A DNA stretch of 64,000 nt from contig JBGSNU010000025.1 of the NCBI GenBank assembly GCA_041739415.1, positions 130,187 through 194,186 on the forward strand, in the 5' to 3' direction. Positions 8,547-16,293 of the stretch are shown piece by piece. The DNA is from Bdellovibrionales bacterium. GTDB taxonomy: Bacteria > Bdellovibrionota > Bdellovibrionia > Bdellovibrionales > UBA1609. The position numbers and the translations under genes were made by a program. Each line of letters opens with the position of its first letter. Position 1 is the first letter of the stretch. The notes under the pieces were generated by a model, which was given only the letters and a program-made list of their open reading frames with translations, ran no database searches and was not told the DNA's origin.

Positions 8547-8574
8547 CCCGAGGGACAGTCACCCCTCGGGTTTT
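8547..8574 (+). terminator. intrinsic-terminator-like hairpin inside the flagellin-2 upstream region
   Basis: Perfect 8-bp GC-rich stem CCCGAGGG (8547-8554) / CCCTCGGG (8563-8570), 8-nt loop, then TTTT (8571-8574). Confidence 0.5.
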
Positions 8575-8713
8575 GGTACCTCCAATAAGTTAACAAAATT
8601 TATTAACCCGACAGGGATAGTCCTGTTCATTTCGTCAGCGCGCATTCATGCGTCGTGGGCGAGTGGGATGGACAGTGGTTCTAGGACTGGGACCAGTGCT
8701 TTAGGAGGCAATC

Positions 8714-9541
8714 ATGGGCTTAAGGATCAATACAAACGTCGCGTCAATTGGGGCGCAACGAGTTCTGTCCAAACAACAGGCGCGAATGGAACATGCGCAG
8801 TTAGCTATGTCCTCAGGATCACGAATCGTTAAAGCGGCGGATGATGCGGCCGGCTTGGCGATCTCTGAAAACATCCGAGGTCAGATCTCAGGTATCAAGA
8901 TGGCGCGAAACAACGCCTACAACGCTCAGTCACTCATTCAGGTGTCTGAAGGTGGATTAAACGAAATTAGTAATATCATGATTCGCTTGCGTGAACTTGG
9001 AGTGCAAGCCGCTTCAGACACCGTTAGTGATGTTGAGCGAAGCTTCCTCGATCAAGAAGCGCAGCAGTTGGTGGCAGAGAGCGATCGAATTGCCCGCTCC
9101 ACGCGCTTTGGTAACAAAGCCCTGCTCGACGGTTCAGGCGAGGAGATGGAATATCACGTTGGACCCTTCGCCGATGAGGAAGAGAACGTAATTAAATACA
9201 GTGTCTCGGCTGATGCGACGACAGACACCCTTGGACTTTCAGGGCTCTCGATTGCCGACAAAGGGGGAGCACGATCCACGCTCGAAGCCGTCGATCAAGG
9301 GTTGGTGTTGATCGGTCAAATGCGCGCTGACTTCGGTGCGGTTCAGTCCCGACTGCAAACCACAACGAGCAACTTAGACATTCAGTATGAAAATTTATCT
9401 GCTGCAAAATCTAGAATTTCAGATGCAGATATCGCTTACGAGAGTGCCGAAATGACTTCTGCGAACATTCTGCAGCAGGCGTCAGTCGGTGTTTTGGCTC
9501 AGGCCAATCAAAACGGCGCCTCGGCACTGCGACTGATTTAA
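8714..9541 (+). CDS. fliC: flagellin, paralog 2
   Basis: MGLRINTNVASIGAQR...SSGSRIVKAADDAAGLAISE... and C-terminal ADFGAVQSRLQ...VGVLAQANQNGASALRLI. RBS is AGGAGG. Confidence 0.9.
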   Translation: MGLRINTNVASIGAQRVLSKQQARMEHAQLAMSSGSRIVKAADDAAGLAISENIRGQISGIKMARNNAYNAQSLIQVSEGGLNEISNIMIRLRELGVQAASDTVSDVERSFLDQEAQQLVAESDRIARSTRFGNKALLDGSGEEMEYHVGPFADEEENVIKYSVSADATTDTLGLSGLSIADKGGARSTLEAVDQGLVLIGQMRADFGAVQSRLQTTTSNLDIQYENLSAAKSRISDADIAYESAEMTSANILQQASVGVLAQANQNGASALRLI

Positions 9542-9614
9542 CGCTCAATTTTTTATTTTTTAAGGATTTTAAGGACCGTGTTTGCCCACAGACTCACACG
9601 ACTCCTTGAGCCCG

Positions 9615-9648
9615 CCCTGGGGATACCCACACGCCCCAGGGTTTTTTT
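9615..9648 (+). terminator. rho-independent terminator after flagellin 2
   Basis: 8-bp stem CCCTGGGG (9615-9622) / CCCCAGGG (9634-9641) followed by T7 (9642-9648). It sits between convergent genes. Confidence 0.7.
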
Positions 9649-11341
9649 AAAGGTCACGCAAGTGTCTTTGAGCTGCGACTTGGTCCCGGTTGAGTTCAAG
9701 CGCTCGCAGAAAATGGGCCCGCGCTTTCTCACGCTGACCTTGCCCTAGCGCTGCTTCACCCAGCCCCACATATCCTAAATCCATCAACGGATTCAACTCC
9801 ACCACACGCTGAAACATTCGCTCGGCTTCCACAAAACGGTTTGCGGCAAGAAGAAGAGATCCGGCATTGTAGCGGGCAAAGATGTTGTTTGCATCCGTTT
9901 GCAAGGAAGCCTGCAAATACTCGAGCGCCTTCGTTTGATCGTAGCCCGAAAAATCAGCCTGCATATACAGAAATCCCAATTTTGATTGTACAGCCGCCCG
10001 CGCGACTTCTAATTTGACTAGATCCTCGAGCATTGTTTGAGCCGCGGCATATTCTTTTTTCACAAAATAGTGAGTAATCAAATTGAATTTAGCCCTCAGG
10101 TTTCGTGAATCATTGGCTATTGACTCCTGCCAAAGCAATGGTGTTGAGGCATAGACTTGGGTGCGCTGGCTCGAAAGATAAAACTGAGTTGCAACGGCGA
10201 GGGCTGTCAGCAGTAGACTAAACGCTCGCACGGCAGCCGACCTGCAGTCTAAAAAAAGTCCGACCAAACCAATAAATATCGGTGCCGTTGCCAGATACGA
10301 GCGGCGCTCTACAAAGAGGTCCACCGTCGGAAAAACGGAGCTGGTGGGCAACAGACAAAGTAGAAAAAACAGCCAGGCCCAACTTAGCCTCGCCCGAACA
10401 TTCAACACGGCCAGGAGTGTGAGTGTAACAACTGCGACCCACGCCAGAGACCGTGCGATGGGGGATAATTCGGTCGGCACAATGTAATGATCAATCGACA
10501 TACCTTGGGGCCAAAAAATGAGACCAAAATATTTTAGGATCATCAGCCCCTGAGCACTTAAGTACGCGAGTGCAGGGAATGTTGAGCCCTTACCCTCGAG
10601 ATCACCCAATTCACCAAAAAGTAAAAATCGGCAGACAAGATAGATGGCCGTGATGGACAGCACCGGCGCATACAGCTGCACCCGTTGCCACCGGGTTAAC
10701 CGCTCGGTCCTGATGAGGTCACACAAGACTAGCAGTGGCAGCACAATGACGGCGCTTTGCTTTGCAGTCAGTGCCAGCACATAGGTGAGGCACGCGGCAA
10801 CAGTAGTGGAGCGACGGTTTTGCAGAAGCAGCAGCAGTGTCAACAGAACGAAGAACGTGGTTAAAATATCGCTCAACGCAAAGGCGTAGAGCACGGTGCC
10901 TGCAACCACCGGCGCGGACAAAAACAGCAGAGCCGCGACAAACGCACCGACAGTTTGCACGCCTAAACCAAGGTTGGCGTAAAGCCAAAGCGCGAGGAGT
11001 GCCACGAGGCTTGCGACTCCGGCGTGAAGTGTCGTGCTTAGAGTATGGATCGCTCGATGGGGCTCAGTCGTGGACTGAATAGCCATCCAATACACAATGT
11101 AGACGAGTGGTCGCGAGGGGTCATTACGCAAAAAAGTTCGGTCGTGACTGTATGAAAAAATAAAATTCTGTAGCGAGAACTCGGTGACACGTAGGTCAGG
11201 GTTCTCTTGAATTTTAGCGAGGTCATCTAACACGAAGGGATTGTCCCAGCCGGGGGAATACAGCACAACGGTCGAAAGCCAAAGGAGCGGGAGCAAGAGC
11301 AGCTTTCGCTTGTTAAACAAATTGAGTATATAAGTGGTCAC
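9647..11341 (-). CDS. multi-pass membrane protein with C-terminal TPR repeats (TMTC/PMT-like GT-C candidate)
   Basis: About 10 or more hydrophobic helices, an N-proximal GWDNPFVLDDLAKIQENPDL motif as in bacterial TMTC-like TPR proteins, and a C-terminal ~170 aa of TPR-like helices (AERMFQRVVELNP, AHFLRALELNRD). GTG start. Confidence 0.6.
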   Translation of the reverse strand: MTTYILNLFNKRKLLLLPLLWLSTVVLYSPGWDNPFVLDDLAKIQENPDLRVTEFSLQNFIFSYSHDRTFLRNDPSRPLVYIVYWMAIQSTTEPHRAIHTLSTTLHAGVASLVALLALWLYANLGLGVQTVGAFVAALLFLSAPVVAGTVLYAFALSDILTTFFVLLTLLLLLQNRRSTTVAACLTYVLALTAKQSAVIVLPLLVLCDLIRTERLTRWQRVQLYAPVLSITAIYLVCRFLLFGELGDLEGKGSTFPALAYLSAQGLMILKYFGLIFWPQGMSIDHYIVPTELSPIARSLAWVAVVTLTLLAVLNVRARLSWAWLFFLLCLLPTSSVFPTVDLFVERRSYLATAPIFIGLVGLFLDCRSAAVRAFSLLLTALAVATQFYLSSQRTQVYASTPLLWQESIANDSRNLRAKFNLITHYFVKKEYAAAQTMLEDLVKLEVARAAVQSKLGFLYMQADFSGYDQTKALEYLQASLQTDANNIFARYNAGSLLLAANRFVEAERMFQRVVELNPLMDLGYVGLGEAALGQGQREKARAHFLRALELNRDQVAAQRHLRDL

Positions 11342-11764
11342 ACCTTGAAGCTAGCAGGTGCAGTCTAGGTGGGCAACGCGTCTTACGTCTGGCCTAGGTC
11401 TATAGGCCTAAGGTCGATCTTTTGCGGACCTCAGCTTTATCGACAAATGAAATGCAATTGCTCGTCGAAAGTCTAGTTTCATACAGACGATGGTCCAGTT
11501 TGCCTCGACTCGACTTTAGTTCGCCCGGACCTCGCCGAAAGGTTTGCATGTGCAAGCGGTCGATGGGTTTCAGGTGAAGTGAGAAGTTTAGTGTGGAGTG
11601 ACTGCCCGCTAAATCTTCGTTCGCAACTTCACTCAGAGTTCTTCAATCGCTCCAACGTGTTCAAAAACCCAATGCCGCAAGGATGCGTGCGCTCTTCAAC
11701 CCTCTGAGTAGGTCAGAGACGTAAGAGTAGACTGATGGATCGGTTACTACAAAAGGAGGACCCT

Positions 11765-12598
11765 ATGGGCCTTAGAGTAACTACGAATCTCGCGTCGATT
11801 TCGGCGCAACGGACAATGGCTAGCTCGCAACGTGAAATCCAAAAGAGCTTTTCGCAGCTCTCGAGCGGCAGTCGAATTACCAAAGCCGCGGACGATGCTG
11901 CCGGGCTATCTATAAGTGAAACTTTGAAGTCCACCATCCGTGGCTACGGGCAGGCGCAACGAAACGCCAATGACGGTATCTCCATGGTGCAAGTGTCTGA
12001 AGGTGGTTTGGGAGAAATCTCCAATATTCTCACTCGAATGCGAGAGCTCGGCGTGCAAGCCGCATCGGATACAGTGGGAGATGTGGAACGTGGATTTATT
12101 GACAAAGAAGTTCAGCAGCTGAAGAACGAAATGCAACGTATTGCCAAGACGACTCGCTGGGGAGACCAAGCTTTGCTAGACGGCTCAGGCCAGGAGTACG
12201 CCTTTCAGGTGGATATCAACAACGATGACTTTAACGATCGAATTGCTTTTGATGCGGCTCAACAGGATGCGACGATCGACACGCTTGGGGTCGCAGGCTT
12301 TAACTTCTCGGAGAAGTCCGATGCACGAGAGGCACTTGAAGTGCTTGAATCGGCGCAACGTCAAGTCAACGGCTACCGTGCCAATCTCGGGGCCATTCAA
12401 AACCGATTGATCTCTACGACAGAAAACCTAGGTGTGGCCATCGAGAACTTCTCGTCTGCGAATTCAAGAGTACGAGACACCGATGTCGCTCAAAGCTCAG
12501 CCGAACTGGCGCGCAATAATATTTTGATGAACGCCTCTGTTGGAGTGTTGGCTCAGGCCAATCAACAGCCGGCTTCAGCGCTGCGCCTTATTGGTTAA
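11765..12598 (+). CDS. fliC: flagellin, paralog 3
   Basis: Start is taken at internal ATG 11765 (MGLRVTTNLAS), preceded by AAAGGAGGA. Flagellin N and C domains are present. Highly similar to paralog 4. Confidence 0.9.
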   Translation: MGLRVTTNLASISAQRTMASSQREIQKSFSQLSSGSRITKAADDAAGLSISETLKSTIRGYGQAQRNANDGISMVQVSEGGLGEISNILTRMRELGVQAASDTVGDVERGFIDKEVQQLKNEMQRIAKTTRWGDQALLDGSGQEYAFQVDINNDDFNDRIAFDAAQQDATIDTLGVAGFNFSEKSDAREALEVLESAQRQVNGYRANLGAIQNRLISTTENLGVAIENFSSANSRVRDTDVAQSSAELARNNILMNASVGVLAQANQQPASALRLIG

Positions 12599-12676
12599 CT
12601 TTATATAGAACTGAAATATAGAATTCAAAAATTGGAATTAGGGAGAGGGACTCCTTTCTCTCCCGGTACCAACCTA

Positions 12677-12710
12677 CCCGAGCGGACACATTCTGCTCGG
12701 GGTACTTTGC
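12677..12710 (+). terminator. hairpin after flagellin 3 (possible terminator)
   Basis: 7-bp stem CCCGAGC (12677-12683) / GCTCGGG (12695-12701) followed by a weak T-containing tail GTACTTTGC. A second hairpin GGGAGAG/CTCTCCC lies at 12641-12664. Confidence 0.35.
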
Positions 12711-12868
12711 GACTCGGTTCAACCTTGACCATGAGCGAGTCGCCAAAGGTCTGAAGGCCCTAGGTCCTAAGACTATCTTTAAGTCCTGATTCTCCGCTCT
12801 TTCGTCCTGAAAATACGGACGTTCATCTAGTTTCACCTCTCCCTTTGTCTAGTTCTACTAGACGCGAC

Positions 12869-12895
12869 TAAAGACAATCCCAGACTCGTCGATAG
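12869..12895 (+). promoter_or_regulatory. sigma28-type promoter upstream of flagellin 4
   Basis: TAAA (12869-12872), 15-nt spacer, GTCGATAG (12888-12895), which is 6 of 8 to GCCGATAA. Confidence 0.55.
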
Positions 12896-12932
12896 GTTGG
12901 GTGCCAGCACGACACGACAAAAGGAGTAATTC

Positions 12933-13769
12933 ATGGGAATGCGAATCACGACAAACTTGGCTTCGATCAATGCACAGCGCTCGATGGCGGGATCACAGCG
13001 CGATATCAACAAGAGCTATGCCCAGTTGTCGTCAGGGAGTCGCATCACCAAATCTGCAGACGATGCCGCCGGCCTCTCAATAAGTGAATCCCTCAAGTCC
13101 ACCATTCGCGGCTATGGCCAGGCTCAACGCAACGCCAATGACGGGATGTCCATGGTGCAAGTGGCAGAGGGTGGACTTGGTGAAATCTCCAACATCCTCA
13201 CTCGCCTGAGAGAACTCGGCGTGCAAGCCGCATCCGACACAGTCGGCGATGTCGAACGCGGATTTATCAACAAAGAGGTGCAACAGCTCAAGGCGGAATC
13301 AGAGCGGATTGCGCAGTCGACGCGGTATGGGAAAACCAATCTGTTGGATGGAACCGGCGGCGATTTTCAGTTTCAAGTGGATATCAACAACGATGATTTT
13401 AAAGATCGCATCGGATTTGACTCCTCAGAGATTCGAGCCACAACGGAGGACTTGAACATTGCTGCATTTGACTTCTCTGATAAAAACGACGCTCGGCAGG
13501 CGCTAGAGGTTTTAGAGGACTCGCAGCGCATGGTGAATGGCTATCGTGCGTCGCTCGGGGCGATTCAAAATCGGTTGATCTCGACGACTGAAAATCTTGG
13601 AGTGTCGATCGAAAATTTTTCTGCCGCGAACTCACGCATTCGTGACACTGACATTGCACAAAGTTCGGCCGAGCTCTCTCGAAACTCGATTTTGATGAGT
13701 GCGTCTGTGGGTGTGTTGGCGCAGGCCAACCAGCAGCCCGCAGCGGCCTTACGTTTGATCGGTGGTTAA
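12933..13769 (+). CDS. fliC: flagellin, paralog 4
   Basis: MGMRITTNLASINAQR...SSGSRITKSADDAAGLSISE... and C-terminal ASLGAIQNRLI...VGVLAQANQQPAAALRLIGG. RBS is AAAGGAG. Confidence 0.9.
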   Translation: MGMRITTNLASINAQRSMAGSQRDINKSYAQLSSGSRITKSADDAAGLSISESLKSTIRGYGQAQRNANDGMSMVQVAEGGLGEISNILTRLRELGVQAASDTVGDVERGFINKEVQQLKAESERIAQSTRYGKTNLLDGTGGDFQFQVDINNDDFKDRIGFDSSEIRATTEDLNIAAFDFSDKNDARQALEVLEDSQRMVNGYRASLGAIQNRLISTTENLGVSIENFSAANSRIRDTDIAQSSAELSRNSILMSASVGVLAQANQQPAAALRLIGG

Positions 13770-13791
13770 GGCGGTGTTAGTCTGAGGGTCG

Positions 13792-16278
13792 ATGCCAATA
13801 GATCGACCTGTATTGCCCATTGACTGTAGACTTGAGGAGATCGCTGCCCTCATTGCGCGCTCCTCTCGTGTGATCTTGACCGCGGCACCTGGCACGGGCA
13901 AGACCACGCGAATTCCCCCAGCACTGCTTTCGGTGATCCCCGGTAAAATTGCTGTTCTTCAGCCGCGGCGGCTGGCTGCTGTTGCCGCATGTGAGCGCGT
14001 GGCGCAAGAGCAGGGTTGGCGGGTGGGTCAAGAGGTGGGCTACCAAGTTCGCTTTGAATCCAAAATCACATCAGCCACTCGACTGGTTTACATGACCGAT
14101 GCGTTAATGCTCCGGCGCTGGGTAGAAGACCTAGAGCTGAGTCAGTTCTCGTTGATCATTATTGATGAGCTGCACGAGCGCAATTTGCAGCAGGACCTCT
14201 TGCTCGGAGCCATCAAAGAGTTGCAGGAGCTCGGCGCTCCGATAAAATTGCTGTTGATGTCTGCCACTTTGGAATCTCAGGAGCTGCTGAATTTCTTGCC
14301 TGGTGGTGAATGGATAGATGTGGCGGGCGTGAGCTATCCACTCACCGTTCGTCACAGTACCACACCCTTGTCGTTGCAAACGGACTTTGCCTTTATTGAG
14401 CGTATTGTTGGTGCAGTCACAACGGCTTGTGCGGAAACACGTGGCGACGTGCTGGTGTTTTTGCCTGGGGTCGGAGAGATTCGCCGAGTGCAAGAAAAAT
14501 TAGAGTCCAACCGTCTCACTCGCCCGGTGTACCCACTGCATGGAACACTGTCGTTAGCCGAACAAGCCCAAGTGTTGGCCCCAAGTGAGAAACCCCGAGT
14601 GATTTTGTCAACCAATGTGGCTGAGGCCTCCGTGACCGTGCAAGGAGTGGATTTTGTGATCGACTCAGGCATCGCGCGCGTCTCCAATGTAAACTTGACC
14701 TCTGGCTTTTCAACTTTAGAACTTAAGCGGATCTCTTTGTTCAACGCTCGCCAACGGTCAGGTCGTGCCGCGCGTGAGAAAGCCGGAACCTGCTGGCGAC
14801 TTTGGACATCGCATGAAGAGGCCACACAAATTGAGCAGCAAGTTCCCGAATGCATGCGGACGGACCTGAGTGCGGCGTTGTTGCTGCTCGCCCATTCGGG
14901 GCTAAATGACTTTGCCGCGTTTGCCTGGCTCAGTCGGCCACCGGGTCGCTTGCTGGATCTTGCCATTCAGTATTTGCGAAGTCTCGGTGCGCTGGGCGGG
15001 GACAATCGATTGACCCCCTTTGGGCAAAGGCTGTTGCGGTTTCCACTGCCCCCTCGGCTAGCAGCAATGCTGTGTCTGGGTTACGACCCCGAGCTTGCGG
15101 CACGGGTGGCGGCCATTTTAAACGAGCGTGACTTTTTGACGGCAACTTCTACCACGCTCGATCAATGTGATGTCACCTTGCGTTTGCAGACTTTGGTTGA
15201 AGTCGAAAGGCGCGAGCGAGTGCCGGGAGTGAAAGTGCAACTGGCCCACTCCATTTTGCAAACGGCAGAGCAATTGCGGCGTTTGGGGGGAGCGACCGCA
15301 GATACACCTCCGGCACACGCGCGGTCGCTGAAACGCATGCTGCTGCTGACACATGCCGATCGACTTTGTCGTCGGCGGGGGGAAAGTGCAAGAGGTTTGA
15401 TGGTAGGAGGTCGAGGCGTTAAGTTGAGTGCCGAGACCACGGTGACTGAGCGAGAGTTTTTTATAGCTCTACAAGGAGTTGATCTGCCCGGGCAGAATGA
15501 GACCACCGTGAATCTGGCGTGCGGTCTCAACAAGAGTGAAGTTTGTGAAATGTTGGCGGATCACATTCAAGTGAGTGAGAAAATAGAATTTATTGAGTCT
15601 AAGGCCGCTTTTTATTGCTCGCGCGTGCGCTCAGTTTTTGGACTAGCGATCGACGAGCCCACATTGACTCCAGCCCCGCCTGAGCAAGTGCGAGAGCAGC
15701 TGGCCGAACTCTTGCTACAAAAGTGGATGTGGTTGGTCGATAAAAATCTGGCTCTTAAGAGCTGGATGGCTCGATGGGAGCAAATGTGTCAGGTCTCTCC
15801 CGATCTAACGGCCCACTTTGGTGAAGTGCAAATTGCCCAGACCTTGCAAATGGCGGCGTTCGGCAAAACGAAAGTGAGCGAGGTTGTCGATTCCGACCTC
15901 ATGCAGTTTTTGCGGTTGAATGTGCCACCTGAGGTGCTGAGTGTGGTGGATCGAGAGGCACCCACCCATTTTGTTGCACCCACTGGGCATGCCCATGTGA
16001 TTCAGTACACCAGTCATGGGCCGTTTGTGGAGGTTCGTCTACAAGAACTATTTGGTTTAGATGCTAGTCCAAAGCTTCTTTTTGGGAGTGTCCCATTGAG
16101 GTTTCATCTCCTCGCACCGAACTTTCGCCCCGTGCAGGTGACCTCGGATCTCGCAGGATTTTGGACTGGCGCTTATGTAGACGTCAGAAAAGAGCTCCGG
16201 ACTCGCTATCCTAAGCACTCCTGGCCGGAGAACCCTGCAACTGCTAAACCCGAAGCCAAGGGGCGACGCCGGGTTTGA
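13792..16278 (+). CDS. hrpB: ATP-dependent DEAH-box RNA helicase HrpB
   Basis: Helicase motifs APGTGKTT, IIDELHER, MSATLE, TNVAEASVTV and QRSGRAAR. The ~828-aa length and long C-terminal domain are typical of HrpB. Confidence 0.8.
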   Translation: MPIDRPVLPIDCRLEEIAALIARSSRVILTAAPGTGKTTRIPPALLSVIPGKIAVLQPRRLAAVAACERVAQEQGWRVGQEVGYQVRFESKITSATRLVYMTDALMLRRWVEDLELSQFSLIIIDELHERNLQQDLLLGAIKELQELGAPIKLLLMSATLESQELLNFLPGGEWIDVAGVSYPLTVRHSTTPLSLQTDFAFIERIVGAVTTACAETRGDVLVFLPGVGEIRRVQEKLESNRLTRPVYPLHGTLSLAEQAQVLAPSEKPRVILSTNVAEASVTVQGVDFVIDSGIARVSNVNLTSGFSTLELKRISLFNARQRSGRAAREKAGTCWRLWTSHEEATQIEQQVPECMRTDLSAALLLLAHSGLNDFAAFAWLSRPPGRLLDLAIQYLRSLGALGGDNRLTPFGQRLLRFPLPPRLAAMLCLGYDPELAARVAAILNERDFLTATSTTLDQCDVTLRLQTLVEVERRERVPGVKVQLAHSILQTAEQLRRLGGATADTPPAHARSLKRMLLLTHADRLCRRRGESARGLMVGGRGVKLSAETTVTEREFFIALQGVDLPGQNETTVNLACGLNKSEVCEMLADHIQVSEKIEFIESKAAFYCSRVRSVFGLAIDEPTLTPAPPEQVREQLAELLLQKWMWLVDKNLALKSWMARWEQMCQVSPDLTAHFGEVQIAQTLQMAAFGKTKVSEVVDSDLMQFLRLNVPPEVLSVVDREAPTHFVAPTGHAHVIQYTSHGPFVEVRLQELFGLDASPKLLFGSVPLRFHLLAPNFRPVQVTSDLAGFWTGAYVDVRKELRTRYPKHSWPENPATAKPEAKGRRRV

Positions 16279-16293
16279 GACTTCAAATGAAAC

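Noticed and set aside
11515-11541. Sigma28 promoter for flagellin 3 (TTTA-N15-GCCGAAAG).
   Set aside because: The -35 matches only 2 of 4 positions and the -10 matches 6 of 8, which is too weak to annotate as a feature.
8482-11648. A programmed invertible (phase-variation) segment flanked by the inverted 15-mers.
   Set aside because: No invertase or recombinase gene lies in or next to the segment. The perfect inverted core is only 15 nt. Inversion would not obviously switch a promoter. It is retained only as a minor alternative under the repeat finding.
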